Notes: generated by a model not told the origin, from the sequence alone. A stretch of DNA of 64,000 bases from Candidatus Methanophagales archaeon (GCA_030602585.1 JAUVZJ010000006.1:444-64443); one strand, 5' to 3'. Numbered from the stretch's first letter, positions 11,021 through 20,538 are shown. Made by a program: numbers and translations.

Positions 11021-14000
11021 ATGACCGAAGGACTCCCCGACATCATTGACAACTCAGAAGGCAAAAAACTTGGAGCGGTGCTGAACCAACTGCTGGAGCA
11101 AGGCGAGCCAGTAGTCCGCATCGTAACCGCATATTTCAACCACGAAGGTTTTGCCGTTTTAAAAAACGGGCTTGAAAACGCAAAAGAGTTCAAGTTACTA
11201 CTTGGAAAGGAGCAAGAACGTGAATTTGTCATTGGCAATAGATTGTGGGACGAGATAGAAATAGCAATGAATAAGAAGGAAACGCCTCCACTATTGAATG
11301 AAATCGTGGATTTTATAAATCAGGAGAAAGTTGAGGTCAGAGCGCTAAAGTTCAAAAATAAATTTTTGCACGGAAAAGCATATATCATTGACGGTATTCC
11401 GGTGATGGGTGGCGTTGGAATCGTTGGTTCCTCAAATCTCACCTACGCAGGTCTTACCGCAAATTACGAACTGAATGCGGTTTTGAAACAAGAATCCGCA
11501 GTGAAGGAATTAATAATATGGTTTGATGGCTTCTGGAACGAAGCCGAAGATTATAAAGATGAACTTCTCGACATCTTCACGGCTTTTACTTCCAAATACA
11601 CACCATACGAAGTTTACGTCAAAATTCTATACGAATATTTCAGAGACCGGTTCGAACTGGAAATAAGTCCAAAGGAGGAGACGCCAAGCCCGATTATTCT
11701 CGCGGATTTCCAGCACGATGGCTATCAGAATGCGAAGGATATACTCGAAAAATACGGTGGCGTAATACTTGCCGATTCTGTTGGGCTCGGCAAGACTTAC
11801 TTAGCTCTTAAACTCCTCGACGATTATGCCTACAAACTACGGCAAAAAGCGCTTCTTATTTGTCCCGCACAACTTAAAGAAGTCCTATGGGAGCCCGAAC
11901 TCAGGCGTGCAAGCATACGTGCAGACATCGAGAACATGGAGTTCGTGGGCAGAGATTCGTTCAGCGGTGAGATTGAGAATTATGCAGACTATGACCTCAT
12001 CGTAATAGACGAATCACATAATTTCAGAAACGCAAAAACAAACAGGTGGGAGAATATTTTTCAACTTCTCACCACTGGAAAACCCAAGAAATTGATTCTT
12101 CTAACTGCAACTCCTGTTAACAATTCCGTATTTGACCTTTACAACCAGCTCAGACTCATCGTAAAGGATAACGATGATTTTTTTGCAGGGAGTGGAATAA
12201 GAAATCTTAAAGGATATTTTCAAAAAGCCGAAGCGGATAAGGAAAATCTTTACGATATTCTTGAGGAAATTGCGGTAAGACGAAGCCGATACTTCATAAA
12301 AAAGAATTATCCTGATGCAGAAATAGATGGAAAAGCCGTCCAATTTCCAGAAAGAGAACTCCATACCGTCAGATATAGCCTTGAGAAAAGTTATAAAGGG
12401 CTATACAGAGAGGTTGCCAGCACAATTGAAAACCTCTACCTTGCACCGTACAATCCAGAAGCTTACAGAAAAGGGATGGTAAGTCCTGAGTTTGAGGGAC
12501 TTAAAGATAGGCTGCGGAAAGAAGGTTTGAGCGAAAAAGACGCACACAATTATATGATGAAACTCGGTAGGGGCACAGCACTCGTTCAGATTATGAAAAC
12601 CCTGTATCTAAAACGACTTGAAAGCAGTATTGAAGCCTTAAAAATAAGCCTTGTAAGGCAAAGAGATTTTCAGAAAAAATTCTCGCAGCTTTTGGAGAAA
12701 AATAAACTTCTGGATTCTTCTACATATCGCAAATTCTTTACGTGGAATGGGGTGGATGACCAAGAGAACGAGGTTGATGTAGAAAAGGCGATTTCACAAC
12801 TCCCTGAAGCTGACCCGAATCTTTACGACTTAGACACGTTCAAGAAATTCGTGAGTAAAGATGTAAAAGTGCTGGATGGCATAATCAAGAAACTCGAAAA
12901 GATAAAGGTTCAGGAGGATGACAAATTAAAAGAGTTAAAGAAACTTCTTGTTGGTGAGTTAAAGGGCAATAAAGTTGTCGTTTTTACTTATTTTAAGGAT
13001 ACAGCTCGCTATCTTTACCACCAATTAGGAGGAAGACTTGAAGATGGCAAGCGTTTGCCAGAAGGTGAAAGTTTCCTCAGAGAACTTGGTCATGAGCGCA
13101 TCAGTATCGTAGATAGTATTGTTGACCCAAGAGAGAGAAAAGACCGAATCATTCGGTTCGCACCAGAGGCAAACGCGACAAATGAAGAGATAAAGGATTC
13201 TATAAAGGGAACAGCCCGTGAAATTGACCTTCTGATTAGCACTGACGTTTTGAGTGAGGGACAGAATCTACAGGATTCTGACACGGTGATTAACTACGAT
13301 CTACACTGGAATCCTGTGAGAATGATTCAACGTGCAGGTAGAATTGATAGAATAGGGTCGCCATACAATAGGGTATTCAGCTACAATTTCAATCCCGAAG
13401 ATGCGCTTGAAGATATTCTTCACTTAGTAGAACGCATTTACAATAAATTAGAAGGTATAAATCGAAGCGTTGGACTGGATTCTTCGGTTATGGGTGAGAG
13501 ACCCAATCCACAAGATTTCAATGCCATACGGATGATTGCACAAGAAGATAAGAGTATTTGGGACGAACTTGAGCAATTATCAGAGATAGATGTCGGTGAA
13601 TTTTTAAAACAGGAACTTATTGACTTCATAAGACGTATTGGAGAGGAAAAACTGAGACGCATTCCGCTTGGGATTGGCAGTGGTATACGAAGCGAAGGGC
13701 GGAAAGGGCTTTTTGCAGCGATAAAAGACGAGAAAAATAACCGCCATTTCTGGCTATTCTACGATATAGGGAAGAGCACCATTTTAGACAGGAAACTTGA
13801 GGTCATCAAGCTTATTCGATGCCGAGAGAATGAGAAGCGTGTCGAACCCGACTTTGATGTGTATGCAATTCTGGAAAAACTGAAAAAACATATTGTTAAC
13901 CAAACGAGGGTAGTGAAGCATAGACTTTCTGTTTTACCACATCCGCAAAACCATGTCATGAATTGGCTACAAGCATTGCCTCCTTCAGAGGATCGAAAAC

Positions 14001-14218
14001 TGCTTATTGACTATTTTTCAAAGCCTCTGAGTGGATTGCAGATTAGGGAGCTAAGACGGTTGTGGCGAGAGAATAGGCAGAATAGTGAAGAAAACCTTCC
14101 CGCTATTTTACATCAGTTTGCTGAGACACATCCGCACATCATCGAAGTTCAGCCCTCTTCTATTTCTGAAATCTCTGAGGAAGACCTTCAACTTGTCGGG
14201 TGGATTGCACGGGTATAG
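11021..14218 (+). CDS. PLD-nuclease / SNF2-type helicase fusion (DrmD-like)
   Basis: FLHGKAYI...VGSSNLT...NYELN; LADSVGLGKT, VIDESHNFRN, LTATPVNN, STDVLSEGQNLQ, WNPVRMIQRAGRIDRIG. Confidence 0.9.
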   Translation: MTEGLPDIIDNSEGKKLGAVLNQLLEQGEPVVRIVTAYFNHEGFAVLKNGLENAKEFKLLLGKEQEREFVIGNRLWDEIEIAMNKKETPPLLNEIVDFINQEKVEVRALKFKNKFLHGKAYIIDGIPVMGGVGIVGSSNLTYAGLTANYELNAVLKQESAVKELIIWFDGFWNEAEDYKDELLDIFTAFTSKYTPYEVYVKILYEYFRDRFELEISPKEETPSPIILADFQHDGYQNAKDILEKYGGVILADSVGLGKTYLALKLLDDYAYKLRQKALLICPAQLKEVLWEPELRRASIRADIENMEFVGRDSFSGEIENYADYDLIVIDESHNFRNAKTNRWENIFQLLTTGKPKKLILLTATPVNNSVFDLYNQLRLIVKDNDDFFAGSGIRNLKGYFQKAEADKENLYDILEEIAVRRSRYFIKKNYPDAEIDGKAVQFPERELHTVRYSLEKSYKGLYREVASTIENLYLAPYNPEAYRKGMVSPEFEGLKDRLRKEGLSEKDAHNYMMKLGRGTALVQIMKTLYLKRLESSIEALKISLVRQRDFQKKFSQLLEKNKLLDSSTYRKFFTWNGVDDQENEVDVEKAISQLPEADPNLYDLDTFKKFVSKDVKVLDGIIKKLEKIKVQEDDKLKELKKLLVGELKGNKVVVFTYFKDTARYLYHQLGGRLEDGKRLPEGESFLRELGHERISIVDSIVDPRERKDRIIRFAPEANATNEEIKDSIKGTAREIDLLISTDVLSEGQNLQDSDTVINYDLHWNPVRMIQRAGRIDRIGSPYNRVFSYNFNPEDALEDILHLVERIYNKLEGINRSVGLDSSVMGERPNPQDFNAIRMIAQEDKSIWDELEQLSEIDVGEFLKQELIDFIRRIGEEKLRRIPLGIGSGIRSEGRKGLFAAIKDEKNNRHFWLFYDIGKSTILDRKLEVIKLIRCRENEKRVEPDFDVYAILEKLKKHIVNQTRVVKHRLSVLPHPQNHVMNWLQALPPSEDRKLLIDYFSKPLSGLQIRELRRLWRENRQNSEENLPAILHQFAETHPHIIEVQPSSISEISEEDLQLVGWIARV

Positions 14219-14303
14219 AAAAACAATAGCTAAAGAAGAAATATCAAATGGATTTTTAAACGCAGATATTTGCGGTGTTTCGCATCTCATGTGGGGGAAA
14301 TTT

Positions 14304-15605
14304 ATGAGGGAGAGCAAGATGAAAGAAGAGCCGATAATGAAGGGATTTGGGGTTCAGAGGAAAAGAAAAGGCAGGGAAAAGCTGATTGTATATACAGATG
14401 GAGCAAGCAGAGGAAACCCCGGACCTGCTGGCTTCGGTATTGTGATATGCGATGAGTCGGGAAAAATAGTAAAAAAATATGGAGAATTTATTGGCAACGC
14501 AACGAACAACATTGCAGAATACCGGGCATTGATAAAAGCATTAGAACTGGCGAGCAGTTTTCCAGTAAGCGAAATAAAATGCTTTTCGGACAGCGAGTTA
14601 ATGGTTAGGCAACTTAATGGTGAATACAGGGTGAAAAACGAAAAATTAGGTGAGTTATTTCTTCAGGTAAGAGAAAAAGAGAAGCGATTTGAAAAGATAA
14701 ATTATTTTCACATGCCGAGAGAGGAAGACCTTATAAAAAGGGCGGATAAATTAGCTAATCTCGCAATAGATGGGAAAATGTCTGAGGAGAGCGAATTAGA
14801 GAAAAGAAAGGAAAAAGAAATAGCGAAAGTGAAAGGCGATGAAGATGCTATGGATTATTATAAAAGGGGCAAGGATTTATTTTTAGCTTACAAGCACGAC
14901 CTATCGCCTGAGCGTGTGAAGGAAATCGAGTCACTGCTTAGGAAAGCAATAGAACTAAATCCCAAGCTGTGGGCTCCTCATTACTTCTTAGGCGAGTTAT
15001 TCTATTTGAAGAAGCGATTTCCTGATGCAAAAGCGGAATTTGAGAAAGCTCTTGATAAAAAACCGGATAGTGTGCCTGCCAAGTATTATTTGACTCAAAT
15101 TAGCAGAATTGAATCTGGTATTTCATTTCCAAGAGATTTAGATGAAGTTAAAAAAATGGCAAATAACCCGGTGTTGCTAAATCACGCATTGATAGAATGG
15201 TTTGAAAATACCCTTAGAGAACTGATTCAGGGAGTATTAAGGGATGCGTACGGAGAAGAATGGTGGTGGGAAGGAGTTCCAAGCGATGTGAGGAAGAAAT
15301 ATGGAGAAAGAGTTCAAGAAACTCGGTTAAAAGAGGAAAGGGGACTGCCCGAATTGTATTTTATTGACTTTTATGATTATGGAAAGATTATCGAGGCTAA
15401 GACTAATAAAGGGGTCTTCAGTTCTTATATGGAAAATCCGAAAGAGTGGAAGAAGAGATTAGACGATTTGGAACCAATCCGAAATGCAATAATGCATTGC
15501 AGAGGGCAATATCTTTCTGAGGAAACAATGTCAAGACTGAAGGAAAGCTGCATTGAACTACAAAAATTAATTGAGAAAGTGAGGAAAGGTGCTTTTCAGA
15601 AATGA
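14304..15605 (+). CDS. RNase HI - TPR - Swt1-like HEPN fusion protein
   Basis: YTDGASRGNPGPAG, TNNIAEY, SDSELMVRQLNGEYRVK, ADKLAN (DEDD set intact); TPR motifs KAIELNP..APHYFLG and FEKALDKKPD; FENTLRELI..YGEEWW...IRNAIMH. Start at ATG 14304 or 14319 avoids overlap with the upstream gene. Confidence 0.85.
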   Translation: MRESKMKEEPIMKGFGVQRKRKGREKLIVYTDGASRGNPGPAGFGIVICDESGKIVKKYGEFIGNATNNIAEYRALIKALELASSFPVSEIKCFSDSELMVRQLNGEYRVKNEKLGELFLQVREKEKRFEKINYFHMPREEDLIKRADKLANLAIDGKMSEESELEKRKEKEIAKVKGDEDAMDYYKRGKDLFLAYKHDLSPERVKEIESLLRKAIELNPKLWAPHYFLGELFYLKKRFPDAKAEFEKALDKKPDSVPAKYYLTQISRIESGISFPRDLDEVKKMANNPVLLNHALIEWFENTLRELIQGVLRDAYGEEWWWEGVPSDVRKKYGERVQETRLKEERGLPELYFIDFYDYGKIIEAKTNKGVFSSYMENPKEWKKRLDDLEPIRNAIMHCRGQYLSEETMSRLKESCIELQKLIEKVRKGAFQK

Positions 15606-15694
15606 TATGGAAAGAGGATAACATCCACCCCTCTATGTTTCCGGATAATAACATATCTTTATCTTTTGATTTTAACTTTAATTATATAGTAGAA

Positions 15695-15847
15695 ATGGAA
15701 GAAAGAAGAAAGAAAGTGGGGAAAATAGTTTCTGCCGATGTATCAAAGCCAAAAGGGAAAGTGGGGAAAATAGTTTCTGCCGAAATCTTGCGACGGAGTG
15801 AAGAGGAAAATGGTGGTAAGAGTAAAGGTCAGATTGAAAGCGCTTAA
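15695..15847 (+). CDS. Small hypothetical protein with a duplicated KVGKIVSA motif
   Basis: ATG 15695; 27-bp exact direct repeat at 15712-15738 and 15757-15783. Confidence 0.4.
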   Translation: MEERRKKVGKIVSADVSKPKGKVGKIVSAEILRRSEEENGGKSKGQIESA

Positions 15848-16238
15848 AGGGGAAAAAGGAAAAACAATAGAGGATATAGCATTACTCAATGCTGGATATG
15901 AGTCGAAAAATCCGGAGATGGTGATACCAGTAAATATCGCAGAGAAACTCGGTCTATGGCCAAAACTGCCAGAAGGAACAGAAGTGGAGGATTATGAAGT
16001 TGCAGGTGGGACAAAAATAAGGATTCACTACATTGAAGATTGTTTGGAAACGCAGGTAATTACAGAAGATAAGGATTCCGAACCCGTTGAAGTACCTGCG
16101 GTGATACTGGAAGGTGAAAAGGAGATTCTGGCAAGCGATAAGTGGATAAGTGCGCAAAAAATCGTTTTGGAGGATGTGGGCAAAGGGATTTGGAGATTTA
16201 GGGGAGAAGAAAAGAGGAGGAGTGAAAAATCCACCTGA
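15810..16238 (+). CDS. Archaeal hypothetical protein, retropepsin (clan AA)-like fold suspected
   Basis: VRVKVRL...ALLNAGYE..PEMVIP..IAEKLGLWP pattern; Asn at the usual catalytic Asp position. Confidence 0.5.
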   Translation: MVVRVKVRLKALKGEKGKTIEDIALLNAGYESKNPEMVIPVNIAEKLGLWPKLPEGTEVEDYEVAGGTKIRIHYIEDCLETQVITEDKDSEPVEVPAVILEGEKEILASDKWISAQKIVLEDVGKGIWRFRGEEKRRSEKST

Positions 16239-16319
16239 AAAAGTCTCAAAATTCTTCACGATTAGAATGGAGGAAAGCATTTCTTTGCATAACCTCTGAC
16301 ATACTTTTATATTAGAAAA

Positions 16320-17846
16320 ATGCACTGGTCTTTAGCAATCGCAAAGGAGATAGTAGAGCGAAGGAAAGAGAAAAAGCATGTTCTTGCTACCGGTATTACA
16401 CCCTCTGGCGATATTCACGTGGGAAACCTGCGAGAGATAATAATAGGAGAGGCAGTGCATTCTGCTCTTGTGGACATGGGCGTGGATGCGAGACTCATCT
16501 ACGTCGCAGACACTTTCGACCCGCTCAGGAGAAGATACTCGTTCCTTCCTGGAGAATACGAAGCGCATGTAGGAAAGCCATTATCAGCGATACCAGACCC
16601 TGAGGGATGCCATTCGTCATACGCAGACCATTTTCTACAGCCGTTCCTTGATTCTTTAGACGTTTTGGGCATAAAAATAGAGATTTTCAAAGCCGATGAG
16701 ATGTATAAGTCGGGTATGTACGTGGACGTGATAAAGGAAGCGATTTCGAGAAGAGAAGATTTGTCGCGGATAATAGAGGAAGTCTCCGGTAGGCAACTGC
16801 CGGAAGAATGGATGGCTTTTAATCCGCTTTGTGACGCCTGTGGCAGAATCACAACCGCAATTGTAAAGCGATACGATACAGAAAAGGAGGAAGTGTATTA
16901 CGAGTGCGAATGTGGAAACAATGGTGCTGCTTCGTTTAAAGCTGGCGGTAAATTAGCATGGCGAGTGGACTGGGCAGCGAGATGGAAAATCCTTGGCGTT
17001 ACAATTGAGCCTTTTGGCAAAGACCATGCCGCTCCCGGCGGCTCTTTTGACACGGGAAAAAGAATCTCCTTGGAAATCTACGATTACGAAGCACCGTATC
17101 CTATCCCTTTTGAGCACATCCTCCTAAAGACGAAGGCGGTAGAAGGAACGAAGGCGAAAGTAACGGCTATGTCATCATCCAGGGGAACGAACGTTCCGGT
17201 GCACGCGATATTAGAAGCAGTGCCACCCGAAATTTTAAAGCACGTCATTTCGAGAGTGCGACCGGATAAGCACATAGAATTTAACCCTTCATTACCGCTA
17301 CTCAACCTGATAGATGAATACGAGCGTGAAATAGGCGAAATAGGACGCGGTGTTGCGGGAAAAATTCCTTTCCGGCATTTCATCACCCTTGTGCAAATTG
17401 CACGAGGTGATTTCTCTGAACTCCTGAACGTCATCGAGAGAAGTGGGTATGAGGTTCGTGAAGAAAACGAAGAAGAAATAAAGGGGATAGGTGAAAAAGC
17501 ACGGTATGTGGAAAATTGGCTGCGTGGATATGCACCTCCAGGCTTGAAGTTCGAATTGCAACCGGCGTTACCGGCAGAGGAACTAAAAAGCTTGTCCGAG
17601 GCACAAAAAAAGGCATTGAAGCTAATGGCACAGGAAATAAAGGAAGGTAAGACCCTGAGTGCTGACGATTGGCATGATAAAATATATGAAGTAGCCTCCG
17701 GTACAAACATAGAAGCGAAAGAGATTTTTAGGGCAATTTATGTGGTTCTGTTGAAAAAGTCTTCGGGACCTCGTGCAGGCTGGCTTCTCGCATCTCTGGA
17801 TACTGAATTCATAAGGGAAAGGTTTGAGGCGGCGGCACGGATATGA
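16320..17846 (+). CDS. lysS: Lysine--tRNA ligase, class I
   Basis: GITPSGDIHVGNLRE, GKLAWRVDWAARW, EPFGKDH, MSSSRG, GPRAG. Confidence 0.96.
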   Translation: MHWSLAIAKEIVERRKEKKHVLATGITPSGDIHVGNLREIIIGEAVHSALVDMGVDARLIYVADTFDPLRRRYSFLPGEYEAHVGKPLSAIPDPEGCHSSYADHFLQPFLDSLDVLGIKIEIFKADEMYKSGMYVDVIKEAISRREDLSRIIEEVSGRQLPEEWMAFNPLCDACGRITTAIVKRYDTEKEEVYYECECGNNGAASFKAGGKLAWRVDWAARWKILGVTIEPFGKDHAAPGGSFDTGKRISLEIYDYEAPYPIPFEHILLKTKAVEGTKAKVTAMSSSRGTNVPVHAILEAVPPEILKHVISRVRPDKHIEFNPSLPLLNLIDEYEREIGEIGRGVAGKIPFRHFITLVQIARGDFSELLNVIERSGYEVREENEEEIKGIGEKARYVENWLRGYAPPGLKFELQPALPAEELKSLSEAQKKALKLMAQEIKEGKTLSADDWHDKIYEVASGTNIEAKEIFRAIYVVLLKKSSGPRAGWLLASLDTEFIRERFEAAARI

Positions 17847-17848
17847 GA

Positions 17849-18031
17849 CTAAAATATCCTTCTTAATGCTGTAAACCAGTAGTGCACATAACCACTGATG
17901 AAATCACCTATTTCCATCGCTGAGAAATCTTCTGGAATGGACGCACTTCCGGAAAGAATGGGTAGCAGCAGGAACAGCGCAATCACCACCAGCACTATTA
18001 TCGCTACTATTTTCATTTTTTCCTTCCGCAC
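17849..18031 (-). CDS. Small membrane protein
   Basis: One hydrophobic N-terminal helix; co-oriented with the upstream membrane gene. Confidence 0.55.
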   Translation of the reverse strand: MRKEKMKIVAIIVLVVIALFLLLPILSGSASIPEDFSAMEIGDFISGYVHYWFTALRRIF

Positions 18032-18089
18032 CTCTTATTCTTATTCTTTATTCTCTTATTATAAAAATGTATCGCAAGCAACCCCGAAT

Positions 18090-18749
18090 TTAACGGTTGT
18101 TACTGCCATTGCTATTGCCCGTTTTAACAAATAAAAGAGGGAAGATTATGTCGCTCAGGCAGCAAGGAAACCAAACTGAAATGAATAATATTACGAATAC
18201 AAAAGGCAGAAATAAAGCCCAATTTGCAGTGCCACCAAAAGCCATGAGGTAAAATAACGACGCCCACGTGCTCAACAAAACATGCCCGGCATGTGGAAAC
18301 TCGGTTGTGGGTTTCCAATAAGCGATTAAAATACCGAGAACCGCAAGTGGATTCACAAGCCACCATTCCTCGATAAACCCCAGGTGCAATTCCATCTCCG
18401 CTCCTAAAAGAATACCACCGAAATAGGGAAATAATATATCGCTTATCGTTGCTATGCCAACAGCGCCGATGTAGCCAATTAAAAATACCGACACGCCTTT
18501 TCCCCGGTGTAATCTATACATGCCCGTGGTCACGATCGCACTCAAGACGACATGAATCGGATGGAGGGTACAGAAAATCCTTTCAGAAATATTTGGAGAG
18601 AGGTGGACTGTCAGAAGCATGATAACTATTCCTGTAACGGCGCCAAAAAAGGTGAAAGGGGCATGGCTCAGTAACTCTTTGGTAATTAGCTTCGTTCTTT
18701 CTCGCGCCCTCATCCTGAAAACATTTACGTATTCGTTAATATGCTTCAT
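18090..18749 (-). CDS. His-containing integral membrane protein, possible metal permease
   Basis: About 6 TM helices; HAPFT, LHPIHVVLSA, PHAGHVLLST, PCCLSD; divergent from a NikR-like regulator. Confidence 0.6.
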   Translation of the reverse strand: MKHINEYVNVFRMRARERTKLITKELLSHAPFTFFGAVTGIVIMLLTVHLSPNISERIFCTLHPIHVVLSAIVTTGMYRLHRGKGVSVFLIGYIGAVGIATISDILFPYFGGILLGAEMELHLGFIEEWWLVNPLAVLGILIAYWKPTTEFPHAGHVLLSTWASLFYLMAFGGTANWALFLPFVFVILFISVWFPCCLSDIIFPLLFVKTGNSNGSNNR

Positions 18750-18762
18750 CCCTATTTTTCTG

Positions 18763-18836
18763 ATAATATTAATAACATTTAAATAATTTATTATTAATAT
18801 TTATGGAAGTATTTATAAATATGTTATTAATATTAT
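18763..18836. promoter_or_regulatory. Inverted-repeat operator in the divergent promoter
   Basis: ATAATATTAATAACAT (18763-18778) and its perfect inverse (18821-18836); also AATATTAATAA-N15-TTATTAATATT (18765-18801). Confidence 0.55.
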
Positions 18837-18849
18837 TTTGGAGAAGGAG

Positions 18850-19233
18850 ATGACAATAATCAGCATCTCGCTAACGGGAGAGATATTGGAGGAGATAGAC
18901 AGGCTACAAAAGGAACTCGGCTTCTCTGGAAGGTCCGAAGTGATAAGAGCCGGAGCACGAATGCTCCTCGCGGATAACAAAGAGAAAGAAAAACTGGAAG
19001 GCAGGCTGAACTCTGTGCTTTTGCTCATTCATGCACAAAAGATGGAGGATACCGTAACAGAGATAAAACATGAATTCGAGGACATCATAAGCACACAGAT
19101 TCATAACCACTTGCGAGAGGATAAATGTATCGAAGTGTTCATTTTAGATGGTGACGCTGCTCGAATAAAGCAATTGGTTAGATTGTTCCAGACAAGCGGG
19201 AAAATGGATTACGTTAAGTTGATAATTGCGTAA
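18850..19233 (+). CDS. nikR: NikR-like CopG/ribbon-helix-helix metal-responsive regulator
   Basis: IISISL...GFSGRSEVIR; metal ligands HEF...HNH...C. Confidence 0.75.
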   Translation: MTIISISLTGEILEEIDRLQKELGFSGRSEVIRAGARMLLADNKEKEKLEGRLNSVLLLIHAQKMEDTVTEIKHEFEDIISTQIHNHLREDKCIEVFILDGDAARIKQLVRLFQTSGKMDYVKLIIA

Positions 19234-19271
19234 GCTATTTTCTTCTTGCTCCTTTCTGAAACTTTGCCGAG

Positions 19272-19309
19272 AAACCTTTCTTTAGAAAAGAAAGCTTTAC
19301 CAAAGAAAC
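19272..19309 (+). repeat. Dispersed palindromic repeat, AAACCTTTCTTTAGAAAAGAAAGCTTTACCAAAGAAAC family
   Basis: Related copies at 45941-46012 and ~36547-36584 (minus); degenerate copies at ~19738-19797, ~26016-26047 and ~45029-45082. Confidence 0.7.
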
Positions 19310-19421
19310 AAGGGAAATGCTGTGGAAAAAATATGGAATGTAAAAGGAGGGTATGCAATCTCTACTCTTCTTGCTTCTTTCTGAAAGTTTACCGGGATAA
19401 AATCTTTATTTTTCTATTTTA

Positions 19422-19869
19422 GTGGTTATCATTAGTTTTCGAGTTCGATTTCTTTTAGTTTTTTCGCCGAAATATCGAGGAAAGGTATTGGACGGAGAAG
19501 TAGCTGAAGTAGCGGAAGAAATTATTAGGGAAACCTGCAAAGAGATTGATATTGAAATCATAGACATTGGTGTGAATGTAGACCACGTTCACCTTTTTAT
19601 CAAATATCCTCCAAAGTATTCCGTTAGCTGGATAGCGAAACGGATAAAGGGGAGAAGCAGTAAGCTATTGAGGGATAGATTTCCACATCTTAAGGTGTGG
19701 TGCCCGGACCACCTGTGGGCGCCTTCTTGCTATCACTAAAACTTTTTTAAAAAAAAAGTTTATCAACAAACGTTTAGAAAAAGTTTGACCAAAAACGCTT
19801 GGCAGCTTCGCAGTAGGGCAAGGATGGGTAGTGGTGGAGAGGTATATATCGGGGCAGAAGGGGCATAGT
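19422..19869 (+). pseudogene. tnpA: IS200/IS605 Y1 transposase TnpA remnant, interrupted near its C-terminus
   Basis: VFSPKYR, DHVHLF (HUH), KRIKGRSS, LWAPSCYH*; after ~74 bp of repeat DNA, AVGQGWVVVERYISGQ resumes with the catalytic Tyr. Confidence 0.85.
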
Positions 19870-19945
19870 TACTTCTCATGAATGAGATATCGAAAAAAAA
19901 CCGAAAATCATTTTATATCCTATACTAAATATATAGTAGCAGTAA

Positions 19946-20017
19946 GCCACTGAGTTCCGTACTTGGGGGAGGGGGGTTTAAGTACAGGCCTTGTACTTAA
20001 GTACGGGGTATAGTGAC
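19946..20017. mobile_element. IS200/IS605-type element end with subterminal hairpin
   Basis: Hairpin TTAAGTACA-GGCCT-TGTACTTAA; minus strand begins GTCACTATACCCC; lies just beyond tnpA. Confidence 0.55.
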
Positions 20018-20075
20018 TATATCCTTTAAAAATAAAAAATTTATATCTCGAACAAAGTTCGAGTCGGCTCAAAAT

Positions 20076-20114
20076 GGATGTCTCGGAATTTATTCCGATG
20101 GTGGGAAGGTTGGG
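20076..20114 (+). repeat. GGATG-hairpin repeat, copy 1 (diverged)
   Basis: GGATGTCTCGGAATTTATTCCGATGGTGGGAAGGTTGGG. Confidence 0.65.
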
Positions 20115-20166
20115 TTATATTAAATTATATAAAGAAAGGACATATTGGTAAAAAAGAGGCGAATAA

Positions 20167-20538
20167 ATGAAAAGCAAAATCGCAATAGGAATTGTGGTAA
20201 TATTATTGGTCGTTATTGTTGCATTTTCTGGATGCATTGAAGAACAATCATTACCAGAAGAAACACCTACAATAGCTCCAGAATTACCAGAACAACCTAT
20301 CATGACACCCGCTCAACCTACGATACCAACTACACAAAATATAAATGGCAATTATAAGGTTCAAGATGTTTCTGGCGATACAATAAATATAAACGGCAAT
20401 TATAATGAGATTAGGATACTTAATGCAGATGTCTCATTGATCCGAGTTAACGGGAACTACAATACTGTTTACTATCCTAAAGAAGCTAGACCTACGATAA
20501 AAGAAAATGGTTCCGGAAATGAGATCAAAACTTATTGA
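20167..20538 (+). CDS. Lipoprotein with Pro/Thr linker and INGNYN repeats (DUF3060-like)
   Basis: Signal peptide ending FSGC; three (I/V)NGNY(N/K) units. Confidence 0.7.
   Translation: MKSKIAIGIVVILLVVIVAFSGCIEEQSLPEETPTIAPELPEQPIMTPAQPTIPTTQNINGNYKVQDVSGDTININGNYNEIRILNADVSLIRVNGNYNTVYYPKEARPTIKENGSGNEIKTY

Noticed and set aside
1241-14218. Canonical DISARM or BREX
   Set aside because: No DrmA/DrmB (DUF1998), PglZ or BrxC in the window
14085-14303. Long N-terminal extension of the RNase H fusion in the ORF track
   Set aside because: Overlaps the helicase end by 134 nt and has no recognisable motif; downstream ATGs are more plausible
19240-19395. Imperfect ~30-bp direct repeat TCTTCTTGCT.CTTTCTGAAA.TTT.CCG.GA
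   Set aside because: Only two copies and no clear element boundaries; function cannot be supported
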